From contig CAWCKH010000003.1 of the NCBI GenBank assembly GCA_963796055.1, positions 256,001 to 320,000 of the forward strand: DNA of 64,000 nt, in the 5' to 3' direction. The notes under the pieces are model-generated. The model was given only the letters and a program-made list of their open reading frames with translations. It made no database searches and was not told the origin of the DNA. The position numbers and the translations under genes were made by a program. Source of the DNA: an uncultured delta proteobacterium. Lineage in GTDB: Bacteria > Myxococcota > Myxococcia > Myxococcales > Myxococcaceae. Below are positions 32,104-42,025 of the stretch, piece after piece. Within the stretch, counting starts at the first letter, position 1, and every line of letters begins with the position of its first letter.

Positions 32104-32394
32104 TCAGCCGACGGTCGGCCGGACGGTGACCAGATCCTGCTCGTCCGGGTGACGCTCCAGCCACTTTCGCACGAAGGGACAGGTCGGCACGACCTTCACC
32201 CCGCTCTGGCGTGCCCAGGTGAAGGCTGCCTTCGCCAGCTTTCCGCCGATTCCTTGGCCGGCAGCTTCGTCGGGCACCTGCGTGTGCAGCAGGTCCACCG
32301 TGCGCTCGTCGAGTCGCCGGTACCCGAGCTCCGCGGTCCCGCCGCTCACCTCGAGGAAGAAGCGGTGCCGATTCGGGTCGTGCTGGACGTCCAT
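32104..32394 (-). CDS. YjdJ-like GNAT acetyltransferase
   Basis: HTQVP....GQGIGGKL, KVVPTCPFV. Confidence 0.88.
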   Translation of the reverse strand: MDVQHDPNRHRFFLEVSGGTAELGYRRLDERTVDLLHTQVPDEAAGQGIGGKLAKAAFTWARQSGVKVVPTCPFVRKWLERHPDEQDLVTVRPTVG

Positions 32395-32479
32395 CGGAGC
32401 CCTCCTGGCGGGCACCGACCCTCGAACAGCGGCCGCCCGGCGTCAACCCGCGACGCCGCGACCGGGCCTGAAGGAGGCC

Positions 32480-33052
32480 TCACCTGCCCGGCGGAGGCGA
32501 GGCGTCGGCGGAGGCGCTCGCGGGCGGTGTGGGCTGGGCGACCCGGTTCTTCACCGCGGGCAGGGTGCGCAGATAGGCGAAGATCGCCTTGAGGTCCTGG
32601 TCGCTGAGCTTCCCGATCATCTCCCAGGGCATCGGCGGGAGGATGGGCCGGCCCCGGCCCATGTGCCGGCCGGTCCGCATGGTGTCGAGGAAGTTCTGCT
32701 CGGTCCAGGCGCCCAGGCCGGTCTCCCGATCCGGGGTGAGGTTCGCGGTGTAGCTGATGCCCCACGGGCCCGACCAGGCGGTCATCGTCCCGACCGTCGC
32801 CGCCATCCACGGACCCTGGAGCACGGGGGCCGGGCTCACCTGCATCTGCTCCGGATGACCCGAAAGCAGCCGCTCGGTGTCGAGCTCCGGGCCCTTCGCT
32901 CCCAACTTCTTCGGGGTGTGGCAGTCGTGGCACCCGCCGAAGTTGACCAGGTATTCGCCCCGCTTCACCTGGGACGTCGGGGCACTGGCCGGCGCTGCGA
33001 GGGAGAGGGAGGACATCGAGAGTGCAGTGATCACCATCGTCTTCGGGGTCAC
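32480..33052 (-). CDS. Exported c-type cytochrome (one CxxCH)
   Basis: Signal peptide, RGEYLV..GGCHDCHTP, ANLTPD..TGLG.W, PPMPW, DLKAIFAYLRTLP; GTG overlaps the upstream stop. Confidence 0.88.
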   Translation of the reverse strand: MTPKTMVITALSMSSLSLAAPASAPTSQVKRGEYLVNFGGCHDCHTPKKLGAKGPELDTERLLSGHPEQMQVSPAPVLQGPWMAATVGTMTAWSGPWGISYTANLTPDRETGLGAWTEQNFLDTMRTGRHMGRGRPILPPMPWEMIGKLSDQDLKAIFAYLRTLPAVKNRVAQPTPPASASADASPPPGR

Positions 33053-34065
33053 GGGGTTCTCCTGTCTGCGAGTGAGTGAATCCAGCGCTCGAGCAGCGCG
33101 AGCGCCTCCCGGTCGGGCTTTTCGGTCCCGAGCGGGGGCATCTGGTCCAGCGGGTCGCGGGCGCCCATCCGGCGGAAGAGCACGCTGTGCTCGGGGTCGC
33201 CGGGCTCGAGCCGCACCTGCGCGCCCCCCACCGGCCGGAGCGCCTGGACGGCCATCGCCGAGGCGCGGGTGCGCTCCACCGACGCCGGACCCTGGGAGAG
33301 CTCCTGGAGCAGGTCGAGCCCGATGCCCGCCAGTGGTCCGTGTCGATTGTGGCAGACGCCGCAGTTGGCGTGGAGGTAGCCCAGAGCGGCGCGCTCGTCG
33401 GCCGAGGCGGCCGGGATGCCCGGCGGCGTCGTCCGGAGCGCAGCAGGGAGACCCCGGAGGAGCCCACGACCGAGCAGGTCGTCCAGGTCCACCTCGGCCT
33501 CGGCGCTCCGGGCGTGCGGAGCACCCGGATCGCGGTCCGGGGACAGCTGGAGCGCGGTGAAGCCCAGGACCGGGTTCGGCTGGCCCTCGTGGCAGGCCTT
33601 GCAGTCGGCGGTGCCGGGAATGGCCCAGCGACCGCCGCCGGCGAGCGCCACGCCCGCCCGCACGCCTCCCGCGGGCGCGAGCACCGCGTCCGAGCCGTCC
33701 TCGGTCCACACGTAGGTGGCGAAGCGCCAGCCCGCCGAGGTCCGCTCGAGCATCCGCGTCTCCAGCCGGCGCCCCAGGGCGAACTCCTTCCACAGCCGTG
33801 TCCCCACCGGGAACACCCAGCGATCCGGATCCCGGGCGTCGATGCGGGTGCCGCGGGGGAGGCGGATCCACCGGCGCTTCTCGGCACCATCGCTCCACAG
33901 CGGGTACTGCGGGCTGAAGGCGAGGACGTCGGCGGCGATCTCCTCTCCGCGCCCCGGCGCATAGAGTCCGGTGTCGCGGAGGTGCGCCGGCAGCGAGCTG
34001 GCGGCGCGCGCCGCTGGAACGAGCGTGGTGACCGCCAGGACGAGGAAGGGATGTAAACGCGCCAT
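33049..34065 (-). CDS. Exported dihaem c-type cytochrome-like protein (SO2930-like)
   Basis: Signal peptide, PLWSDGAEKRRW, FPVGT, LETR, CKACH, YLHANCGVCH, QMPPLG. Confidence 0.8.
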   Translation of the reverse strand: MARLHPFLVLAVTTLVPAARAASSLPAHLRDTGLYAPGRGEEIAADVLAFSPQYPLWSDGAEKRRWIRLPRGTRIDARDPDRWVFPVGTRLWKEFALGRRLETRMLERTSAGWRFATYVWTEDGSDAVLAPAGGVRAGVALAGGGRWAIPGTADCKACHEGQPNPVLGFTALQLSPDRDPGAPHARSAEAEVDLDDLLGRGLLRGLPAALRTTPPGIPAASADERAALGYLHANCGVCHNRHGPLAGIGLDLLQELSQGPASVERTRASAMAVQALRPVGGAQVRLEPGDPEHSVLFRRMGARDPLDQMPPLGTEKPDREALALLERWIHSLADRRTP

Positions 34066-34103
34066 CGGTGGCGCGCGTTGTGCCAGCGAGCTCGGGGGCC
34101 CGT

Positions 34104-34122
34104 TCCCTAAACAGTCCCTAAA
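34104..34122. promoter_or_regulatory. Direct repeat with 11-bp period, possible regulator site
   Basis: TCCCTAAA at 34104 and 34115, about 40 nt upstream of the cytochrome pair. Confidence 0.45.
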
Positions 34123-34151
34123 TCGGTCTCAACGGACCATGGGTGGGTTTT

Positions 34152-34910
34152 CTACCGGCCGTGGCGTCCTGCCCCGCCGTGGAACCGCGCAGCCCCGGCC
34201 AGGGTCTCGCCCGAGGCGAGCGTCCGCTGACCGTGGAGGACCTCGTTCTCCAGCGCCTGCTGGGCCTCGAGCTCGAGCGACTCGAGCAGGGAGAGGCGGT
34301 CGTTGCGCAGGCAGGTCTGCGGGAGCGCCGCCAGCTCCCGGGCGAGATCCAGCGCGGCCCGGAGCGCCTGGCCCTCGGGGACCACGCGGTTCACCAGCCC
34401 CATGGTCCACGCCTCCTGCGCCTTCACCGGCCGTCCGGTGAGGACCAGGTCCAACGCCCGGCCCAGCCCGATGATCTGGGGGAGGCGCACCGTGCCGAGA
34501 TCCACCAGCGGCGCGCCGAAGCGCCGGCAGAACACGCCGAGGGTGGCCTCCTCGGAGGCGACGCGGAGGTCGCACCAGAGGGCGAGCTCGAGCCCGCCGG
34601 CAACCGCATACCCCTCGATGGCGGCGATGACCGGCTTCCCCAGCCGTAGCCGCGTGGGGCCCATGGGGCCGTCTCCCTCGGGACGGAAGGGGCGAGGCTC
34701 GCCCTCGGCCAGCGCCTTGAGGTCGGCACCCCCGCAGAAGTGGCCGCCGGCACCGGTGAGGATGGCGACGGAGAGCGATGGGTCGCCGTCGAAGGCCCGG
34801 AATGCCGAGGCGAGTGCCGCGGCGGTGGTGGCGTCGACGGCGTTCCGGCGCTCGGGCCGGTCGATGGTGACGACGAGGACATCTTCGTGGTGCTCGATCC
34901 GGATGCTCAT
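34152..34910 (-). CDS. Enoyl-CoA hydratase/crotonase family protein
   Basis: IDRPERRNAV, FCGGADL, KPVIAAIEGYAVAGGLELAL. Confidence 0.92.
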   Translation of the reverse strand: MSIRIEHHEDVLVVTIDRPERRNAVDATTAAALASAFRAFDGDPSLSVAILTGAGGHFCGGADLKALAEGEPRPFRPEGDGPMGPTRLRLGKPVIAAIEGYAVAGGLELALWCDLRVASEEATLGVFCRRFGAPLVDLGTVRLPQIIGLGRALDLVLTGRPVKAQEAWTMGLVNRVVPEGQALRAALDLARELAALPQTCLRNDRLSLLESLELEAQQALENEVLHGQRTLASGETLAGAARFHGGAGRHGR

Positions 34911-34984
34911 GCCGGCGGAGTGTTGCCCCGGCCGGCCCACGAGCACCAGCCCGGTGGGGGGGAGGTCACCTCCCCGCACGATGC

Positions 34985-35923
34985 TCAGCCGAAGGTGTAG
35001 ACGAACTGAACCTGGGTGATGCTGTCGAACGTCCGCAGGAAGATGCCCGGCGGATTCGCCGCGCTGACGCCTTTCGGGAGCGTGGCCAGGTTCGGCTTGG
35101 CGTCGTAGCGCCCCGTCCAGCTCACGTTGAGCGACAGCCGGTCGTAGACCTGGGCGGTGAGGCCCACCACCCCGTTCACCCGGTGGTCCTCGAAGGCCGA
35201 GACGTGGTCGATGTTCACCGGATCGGGCGCGCCGGACTCCTGGTTGATGTTGACCAGGTACTCGGCCCCGGCGGCGAGCTTGGTGGCCCTGGAGATCTCC
35301 CAGACGTAGGCCAGCGCCGCCCGGAGCGAGTGGATGGAGTACCCGTCCCCCACGTACGGCTGGAGATAGGTGAAGTCGTAGCCGATCTCACCGGTGACGC
35401 TGTGCGCGCCCGCCTTGATCACCAAGGTGCTCACGCCGAGCTGGATGCCGCCGAACAGCTTCTTCCCGGCGGCGTAGTCCGAGGCGATGTTCCCCAGGAC
35501 GTACACCGAGGTGTCGCCGGGCGCGTCCTTGTGGATGAGCCACTGGTCGAAACGGGGCGTGACGTTCCACAGACGGGCCGAGAGCGTGCTGTCGGTGCCG
35601 AGAGCGTCGAGCGAGTCGATGACCGGCGGCGTCTTCGGACCCACCACGTAGACCCGGGATTTCGAGAACGCGTAGGCCGCGGTCAGCGAATAGCGCTGCC
35701 AGACCGCGTCGCGGGTGACCTTCAATCCGGCGCTCAGGCTGGTGGAATCCGAGTTTCCGGCCAGCCAGAGCAGCCCTGCCTTCGCCTCCGCCCGCCATCC
35801 GGTCTGCTTGGCGTCCTCCTTCGCCTTTTCGGCGGAGCTGAAGGTCGGCGCAGCGGCGGTGTCCTGCGCCAGCGCCGGTCCTGCGATCAGCAGGGCGCAG
35901 AGCCCCGCCAGTTGCACGCGCAT
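34985..35923 (-). CDS. DUF481-like outer-membrane beta-barrel protein
   Basis: Signal peptide, W..EAKAG....GNS, alternating beta strands, terminal FVYTFG. Confidence 0.7.
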   Translation of the reverse strand: MRVQLAGLCALLIAGPALAQDTAAAPTFSSAEKAKEDAKQTGWRAEAKAGLLWLAGNSDSTSLSAGLKVTRDAVWQRYSLTAAYAFSKSRVYVVGPKTPPVIDSLDALGTDSTLSARLWNVTPRFDQWLIHKDAPGDTSVYVLGNIASDYAAGKKLFGGIQLGVSTLVIKAGAHSVTGEIGYDFTYLQPYVGDGYSIHSLRAALAYVWEISRATKLAAGAEYLVNINQESGAPDPVNIDHVSAFEDHRVNGVVGLTAQVYDRLSLNVSWTGRYDAKPNLATLPKGVSAANPPGIFLRTFDSITQVQFVYTFG

Positions 35924-36004
35924 CGTCGCACCCCTCCCTCGAAATTCCCGGGCTCTCCCCCTAGCGCGAAAGCCAGCGGTGCCGCCCTGCGAAAATTCGG
36001 TTCT

Positions 36005-36021
36005 GCTGAACACTTGAGCAG
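36005..36021. promoter_or_regulatory. Putative Myxococcus-type LexA (SOS) box
   Basis: Reverse complement CTGCTCAAGTGTTCAGC matches the recalled M. xanthus consensus CTRHAMRYBYGTTCAGS at 15/17 positions; directly upstream of the helicase. Confidence 0.55.
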
Positions 36022-36052
36022 TCATCAGGGGACGGCTAGCGTGGTGCGCCGG

Positions 36053-38071
36053 ATGCTCGACGGGCTCAACGAACGGCAGCGCGAGGCGGTGCTCCATGGC
36101 GACGGGCCGCTCCTGGTGGTCGCCGGGGCCGGGACCGGAAAGACCACCACCCTCGCCCACCGGGTGGCGCAGCTCCTCCAGCGGGGCGTCCCGGCCGAGC
36201 GCGTCCTGCTCCTCACCTTCGCGCGCCGCGCCGCGGCCGAGCTGCTGCGTCGGGTGGACGGGCTGCTCGGCCGGGCGGCGACGGACCGGCCCGCGTCGTC
36301 CCGGGTGTGGGGCGGGACCTTCCACTCGGTGGCCACCCGGCTGCTGCGCCAGCATGGTGAGCGCATCGGCCTTCACCCCGGCTTCACCATCCATGACCGC
36401 GGCGACTCGGAGGACCTCCTCGAGGTGCTGCGGGCAGAGCTGGAGCTCGGCCGCGGCAAGCGGCGCTTTCCGCGGAAGGCCACCTGCCTCGACGTCTACA
36501 GCCGCTGCGTCAACTCCCGCGCCTCCCTCGAGACGGTGCTCGCCCGTGGCTTCCCCTGGTGCACCGAGCAGCGCGACGGGCTGAAGCTGCTCTTCCGCAC
36601 CTACGTGGACCGCAAGGCCGAGCAGCGGGTGCTGGACTACGACGACCTCCTGCTCTTCTTCCACGCGCTCCTCGGAACCGAGGCCGCCGCTCAGGCGGTT
36701 CGCGCGCAGTTCGACCACGTGCTGGTGGACGAGTACCAGGACACCAACGCGCTCCAGGCCGAGCTGCTGGACCGCCTCTGCCCGGGCGGGCGGGGGCTCA
36801 CCGTGGTGGGCGACGACGCGCAGGCCATCTACGGATTTCGCGCGGCCACGGTGCGCAACATCCTCGACTTTTCCGCGCTCCACCCCGGCGCGCGGACCGT
36901 GGTGCTGGCCGAGAATTACCGGAGCTCACCGGAGCTGCTCGAGGCCACCAACCGGGTCATCGCCCAGGTCCGGGAGCGACACCCCAAGGAGCTCTGGTCC
37001 CGCAGGAGCTCCGGCGAGCGCCCCGAGCTGGTCACCTGCACCGACGAGGCGGAGCAGACCGAGTACGTGCTGGGGCGTATCCTCGAGCGGCGCGAGCAGG
37101 GGCTCGACCTGCGCCGGCAGGCGGTGCTCTTCCGGGCCTCGCACCACAGCCTGCAGCTGGAGGTCGAGCTCGGCCGGCGCGGCATCCCCTTCCACAAGTA
37201 CGGTGGGCTTCGCTTCGTGGAGACCGCGCACGTGCGAGACCTCCTGGCCTTCCTCCGGCTGGTGGAGAACCCCCGCGACCTCGTCGCCGGGACGCGGGTG
37301 CTCGGGCTCCTTCCCGGGGTGGGTTCGCGCACCGCCCGCACGCTGCTCGATCCTGTCCAGCGCACCGGCAGCTTCGAGGGCTGGGAGGACGCGCGGATCC
37401 CGGCGGCGGCCCGGACCCACTGGCCGTTGCTGGTCGCCCTCTGCCGCGAGCTGGCCGCGCCGCACGCCCCTCCCCTGCCCGCCCAGCTCCACCGGATCCA
37501 GTCCTTCTATCGCCCGCTCTGCGAGGAGCGCTACGACCACGCCGCGGCCCGGCTCCGGGACCTCGAGCAGCTGGAGCAGCTCGCCGCCGGGTTCGCCGAC
37601 CGCAACGCATTCCTCGGGGAGCTGACGCTCGAGCCGCCGCGCTCGACCCAGGACCTCGCCGGTCCGCCCTCGCTGGACGACGATCACCTGGTCCTCAGCA
37701 CCATCCACTCGGCCAAGGGCCTGGAGTTCGACGCGGTCTATGTCCTCCACGCCGCCGACGGGAACATCCCCTCGGACCTGACCACCGGAAGCCCCGAGGA
37801 GATCGACGAGGAGCTGCGGCTGTTCTACGTGGCGCTGTCCCGGGCGAAGCGGCACCTCTCGGTCACCTTCCCTCTCCGCTGGTTCGACCGACCGGCCGGG
37901 GTCGGCGGCCGTCACGCGTACGCGCAGCTCACCCGGTTCCTCCCGCCGCCGGTCGCCGCTGCGTTCGAGCTCCGCACGGCGTTCCCCGAGGCCCCCCGTC
38001 CCGCGCTCCCGGCCACCGACGCCTTCCTGCTCCCCGAGGTGCGCGGCGCGCTCCGGGCCTTGTGGAACTGA
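36053..38071 (+). CDS. UvrD/Rep/PcrA family ATP-dependent DNA helicase
   Basis: LNERQREAV, AGAGTGKT, TFHS, LVDEYQDTN, VGDDAQAIYGFR, NYRS, STIHSAKGLEF, EELRLFYVALSRA. Confidence 0.95.
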   Translation: MLDGLNERQREAVLHGDGPLLVVAGAGTGKTTTLAHRVAQLLQRGVPAERVLLLTFARRAAAELLRRVDGLLGRAATDRPASSRVWGGTFHSVATRLLRQHGERIGLHPGFTIHDRGDSEDLLEVLRAELELGRGKRRFPRKATCLDVYSRCVNSRASLETVLARGFPWCTEQRDGLKLLFRTYVDRKAEQRVLDYDDLLLFFHALLGTEAAAQAVRAQFDHVLVDEYQDTNALQAELLDRLCPGGRGLTVVGDDAQAIYGFRAATVRNILDFSALHPGARTVVLAENYRSSPELLEATNRVIAQVRERHPKELWSRRSSGERPELVTCTDEAEQTEYVLGRILERREQGLDLRRQAVLFRASHHSLQLEVELGRRGIPFHKYGGLRFVETAHVRDLLAFLRLVENPRDLVAGTRVLGLLPGVGSRTARTLLDPVQRTGSFEGWEDARIPAAARTHWPLLVALCRELAAPHAPPLPAQLHRIQSFYRPLCEERYDHAAARLRDLEQLEQLAAGFADRNAFLGELTLEPPRSTQDLAGPPSLDDDHLVLSTIHSAKGLEFDAVYVLHAADGNIPSDLTTGSPEEIDEELRLFYVALSRAKRHLSVTFPLRWFDRPAGVGGRHAYAQLTRFLPPPVAAAFELRTAFPEAPRPALPATDAFLLPEVRGALRALWN

Positions 38072-38096
38072 GGGTCAGTGTTCACCTTGAGCGTGG

Positions 38097-39248
38097 GTGC
38101 GGCTCCCACGGGCGATCACCGGACGCTGGACGGAGCCGCGCGAGCGGCGCGACCGAACGCCCCTGCGCCGGAGCAGGAGAATCCTCCTCGGCGTGGGCCT
38201 GGGGTTGCTGGGTGCGCTGGCGCTGTTCCTCGTCGTCCTGGCGCTCGCCCTTCCGGGCTACGCGAGGAACAAGACACGAGAAGCGCTCGAGGGGATGGAG
38301 GGCGCGCGGGGGGACTTCCAGGACGTCCAGGTCACGCTGTTCCCGCTCCGCTACACCATCACCCGGCTGAAGATCACCCGGAAGGACGCCCTGCTACCCG
38401 ACCCGGCCCTCTACGCCGAGCGCCTGACCGTCACTCTTCGCTGGGGGAGCCTGCTTCACGGTGTGTTCCGAGGGACGGTGGACGGCGAGCGGGTCAAGCT
38501 CGTGCTCGAGGAGCCGAAGCCGGGCCCCGACACCCCGCTTCCCTCGCTGTCGGAGCTCGTGCCAGTGCGGGCGGTGGTCGAGCGTGCCCAGCTCCGCGAC
38601 GCCGAGGTGCTCTACGCCTGGGTGCGCAAGGAGGGCTGGCCGATGATCTGGAGCCACGGCATCGAGGCCACCCTGGGGAATCTCGGCTCCCGCCCGGGGC
38701 TGGTTGATGGGCCGGTGGTGGTGGCCGCGCGCGGCCACATCGCGCGCAAGGGAACGGTGTGGTTCACGGTGAGCGCCGACCCCTGGGCCGAGCGCCTCAC
38801 CTTCGCCGGGAGCGCTGGAGCGAAGGACTTCGACCCATCGCAGCTCAACGCCTACTTCTCTCCGAAGAAGGACATCACCCTCACCCCGGGCAGCTATGCG
38901 ATGAAGATGAGCTTCCGTTGCGACCAGGGGAAACTGACCGGCGCCATCGACCCGCATCTCGTGGGGAGCGAGGTCCAGTCCGACGGGGACGCCGGCAGCG
39001 CGATCAAGGCATTCTTCGGGAAGATCGCTCTCGCCACGTCCGGTCCCACCGAGGGCACCCGATCCAGCGGGGTGATCGCCATCCGCGACGACCTCACCGA
39101 CCCGAAGCTGCAGCTGCCGCCGCGGCTGGAGAAGGTGATCGAGAACGGGTTCTCCCTCGGCCTCCAGGAAGAGCTCAAGCGACACTACGCCGGGAAGACC
39201 GAGGCGAGCAGCAAGCAAGAGCCGACGCCGCTGAAGGCAAAGAAGTGA
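38097..39248 (+). CDS. Membrane-anchored periplasmic protein (DUF748/AsmA-like, tentative)
   Basis: Basic N-terminus, one TM helix, beta-rich body. Confidence 0.55.
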   Translation: MRLPRAITGRWTEPRERRDRTPLRRSRRILLGVGLGLLGALALFLVVLALALPGYARNKTREALEGMEGARGDFQDVQVTLFPLRYTITRLKITRKDALLPDPALYAERLTVTLRWGSLLHGVFRGTVDGERVKLVLEEPKPGPDTPLPSLSELVPVRAVVERAQLRDAEVLYAWVRKEGWPMIWSHGIEATLGNLGSRPGLVDGPVVVAARGHIARKGTVWFTVSADPWAERLTFAGSAGAKDFDPSQLNAYFSPKKDITLTPGSYAMKMSFRCDQGKLTGAIDPHLVGSEVQSDGDAGSAIKAFFGKIALATSGPTEGTRSSGVIAIRDDLTDPKLQLPPRLEKVIENGFSLGLQEELKRHYAGKTEASSKQEPTPLKAKK

Positions 39249-39255
39249 CTCCCGC

Positions 39256-40512
39256 TCAGAAGCCGTAGAGGACCGCCGTCTCCACCCGGAACGCGGTCGC
39301 GGTGGGATTCTCCACCCACTGGGTCGCCCACCAGCTGAGCTCCAGTCCCACCCGGAGCCCGCCGATGATGCGGAAGATGACGTTGCCGAAGACTTCGGTG
39401 TTCGTCCGCCGCTCGTTCGCCGCGAGATCCTGATCGAACGGATCGTCGGTGCCGAAGCCCGCGTGCACCGTCCAGCGGGCGCCGAGCTGCTGCCTGAGCT
39501 GTACCCAACCGCCCCGGGCGCGGATGGGGACCTGCTTCACCGGGTCCACGGTCTGGAAGATGGCCCCGGAGTAGTCGCCCAGGAGCTGGCCGATGAAATA
39601 CTCACCCTCGATGAGGGTGCTCTCGCCGAGGCGCAGGGAGCCGTCGGCGACGAAGGACCAGCTGGCGTACTGCTTGACGTCGCTCGGGGTGCCGGTGCCG
39701 GTATCCTGGAGCACGACCTGGCGGCGTCCATAGTGTCCGGCCACGCCGAGCTCGAAGAGCCGCGGCCCCTCCTCCCGCCGGGGTCCGAATGCGAGGCCGA
39801 GGTGTCCCTGGAAGTCGGGCAGCCCGACCTGGGTGGCCTGGATGGTCCCGCTCACCTGGAAGGTCTGCACCGCCTGGGCGATCGCCGACTGGAAGATGAG
39901 CTCGACCACGTCGGACACCGGTTGGCGCCACTCGACGCGGATCTGCGGCCGGTAGTCCCCGATGTCCCCGGGGATGAACGAGAGCGGGTAGAAGTTCAGC
40001 GTGGCCGCGGCGCGCGGAGAGATGATGTCCGAGGCCTGTCCGGCGAGCAGCCGGAGCCGGGTCCAGGTGGCCTCGAGGTACAGGTCGCGGACCAGCGGAA
40101 GGAAGGCGTTCTCGTTGAGGTACGGAGCGTTGCTCCGGAAGTCCATGTCGAACTTCGCCTGGAGCTGCACCGCCCCGAACCTCGGCGGGGTGGCGGCCAC
40201 ACCGAGGAAGGTGTTTCCGGGCGAGACGTTGAACTGCCCGGTGGTCGAGGCGGAGGGGATCTGCACGAAGCCGGGAATGCTGCCCACCACCATGGTGGCG
40301 CTGTTGTAGTTGGCGTTGACCACCAGCTCGCCGGAGAACGACCACCGGATGCCGAGCGCCTCCACCGAGGTCGCGGAAGCCGCCGGGTCCGGCGTGGCAG
40401 TCACTGGAGTGGAGGCCGGCCCCTGGAGCGCCGCGGCCCGGGACGGCGTGGGCGCCTGCGCGAGCGAGGGCGCCGCGCAGAGCAGCGCGACGAGGCGCGC
40501 CCATCCCGCCAC
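39256..40512 (-). CDS. Outer-membrane porin-like protein (DcaP-like); start approximate
   Basis: Signal peptide, KFDMDF, LLAGQ, RPQIR, terminal VLYGF. Confidence 0.65.
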   Translation of the reverse strand: MAGWARLVALLCAAPSLAQAPTPSRAAALQGPASTPVTATPDPAASATSVEALGIRWSFSGELVVNANYNSATMVVGSIPGFVQIPSASTTGQFNVSPGNTFLGVAATPPRFGAVQLQAKFDMDFRSNAPYLNENAFLPLVRDLYLEATWTRLRLLAGQASDIISPRAAATLNFYPLSFIPGDIGDYRPQIRVEWRQPVSDVVELIFQSAIAQAVQTFQVSGTIQATQVGLPDFQGHLGLAFGPRREEGPRLFELGVAGHYGRRQVVLQDTGTGTPSDVKQYASWSFVADGSLRLGESTLIEGEYFIGQLLGDYSGAIFQTVDPVKQVPIRARGGWVQLRQQLGARWTVHAGFGTDDPFDQDLAANERRTNTEVFGNVIFRIIGGLRVGLELSWWATQWVENPTATAFRVETAVLYGF

Positions 40513-40583
40513 CAGGCTCCGGTCCAGGTCCCCTCCTCCCGAGCGCCGGCACTTCAGCGGAGATGGGGGCCGGGAGGCAACGG

Positions 40584-42023
40584 CTACGAGGCCTCGGCCT
40601 CCTCTTCCTCCTCCTCGTCCTCCGGATGTGGCACCTTCACCACCGTGACGGTGCAGGGGGATTCGGCCACCACGTGCGCCGAGACGCTGCCCAGGTAGCG
40701 CCGGAGCGGCGAGGCGCCTCGCGCGCCGATCACCACGTGGTCCACCCGGTTCTCCCGCACGAAGTCCAGCAGCACCGCGGCAGGGTAAGGCCCCTCCAGC
40801 ACGTGATAGGTGAGGCGCTCCTCGGCCAGCCCGAGCGGACGCGCCCAGTCCTTCAGCTCGACCAGGCGCATCACCCGGAGGTTCCGCCCCTCCTCGTCGA
40901 CGGTGACGTCCATCGCCAGACGGGAGGTGCGCAGGACCGTGACGCATGCCAGCCGGGCCGCGGGGTGCATGCTCAGCACCCGCTCGCTGGTGGTGCGGAT
41001 GCTGCTGAGGAGCGCGTCGCTGCTGGCGAGCAGATCGAGGGCAACCACCACCACCGGCGAGCGGGCGATCTGCACCGCGGTGGACTGCCTGGCCTCGCCC
41101 TCGGCCCCCAGCGTACGCACCCAGCGTCGGGTGACGGTGAACGCCCCGTCCTGCCGGAGCTTCCTGGCGCGCTCGGACAGCGGCACCTGGCCGGGGTTGC
41201 GGAGCGCGAGCAGCACCTGGGCCGCGCTCTGGTAGCGCTCGCGCGGGTCGGGCTCGAGGCAGCGAAGGATGATCTCCTGGAGGTAGGCCGGACAGCTCGC
41301 GTTGCGCGCCCGCGGAGGAACCGGGTCGCGATAGAGACGCTTCCGCAGGCCGGTGATGCTGGTGGGGAACCCGAAGGCCCGCTCACCGGTGATCAGGTGG
41401 TAGAGCACCGCCCCCAGGGCGAAAATGTCACTCCGCGGGTCGTTGCGGATCCGCAATACCTGCTCCGGCGAGATGTAGGGCGCGGTTCCCATCGGCAGCC
41501 GGAATTGCTCTGCGAGCAGATCGGGCAGCCGGTCGTGGCGGGAGAAGCCGAAGTCGATCAGCACCGCCTCGCCGGTGTCGCGGAACATCACGTTGCTCGG
41601 CTTGAGGTCCAGGTGGATGACGTGCTGGCGGTGCAGCGAGTGGAGCGCGGTGGCGATCTGCCCGCCGATCCGCGTCACCTCCTCGGTGTCCAGCGGGGTC
41701 CGCTCCAGTCGTGCACGCAGCGAATCACCGCGGATGTACTCCATCACGATGTACGGATGCGCCGAGAAGTCGCCGGAGCCGAAGAACAGCGGGACGTGCG
41801 GGCCCTGGAGAGTGGGCATGATCATCTGCTCCACCTCGAAGCCCACCATCGCCGTGGGGTCATCGCCCTCGCGGAGCAGCGGCATCTTCATCACCAGCGG
41901 AGGCTGCCCCGGGGCCGACACGCGCCACAGCGCCGCCATGCTCCCCTGGTGGATCCGCTCCTCGAGGGTGTAGCCGTCGATGACCGCCCCGGGCTCGATG
42001 CGCAGAGCGCGCGGCGCCTCCAC
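40584..42023 (-). CDS. Ser/Thr protein kinase fused to a universal stress protein (USP) domain
   Basis: VMK, HLDLKPSNV, LIDFG, GTAPYISPEQ, SDIFALG; USP motifs VVIGARG..LGSVSAHVVAESPCTVTVV. Confidence 0.92.
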   Translation of the reverse strand: MEAPRALRIEPGAVIDGYTLEERIHQGSMAALWRVSAPGQPPLVMKMPLLREGDDPTAMVGFEVEQMIMPTLQGPHVPLFFGSGDFSAHPYIVMEYIRGDSLRARLERTPLDTEEVTRIGGQIATALHSLHRQHVIHLDLKPSNVMFRDTGEAVLIDFGFSRHDRLPDLLAEQFRLPMGTAPYISPEQVLRIRNDPRSDIFALGAVLYHLITGERAFGFPTSITGLRKRLYRDPVPPRARNASCPAYLQEIILRCLEPDPRERYQSAAQVLLALRNPGQVPLSERARKLRQDGAFTVTRRWVRTLGAEGEARQSTAVQIARSPVVVVALDLLASSDALLSSIRTTSERVLSMHPAARLACVTVLRTSRLAMDVTVDEEGRNLRVMRLVELKDWARPLGLAEERLTYHVLEGPYPAAVLLDFVRENRVDHVVIGARGASPLRRYLGSVSAHVVAESPCTVTVVKVPHPEDEEEEEEAEAS

Positions 42024-42025
42024 GT

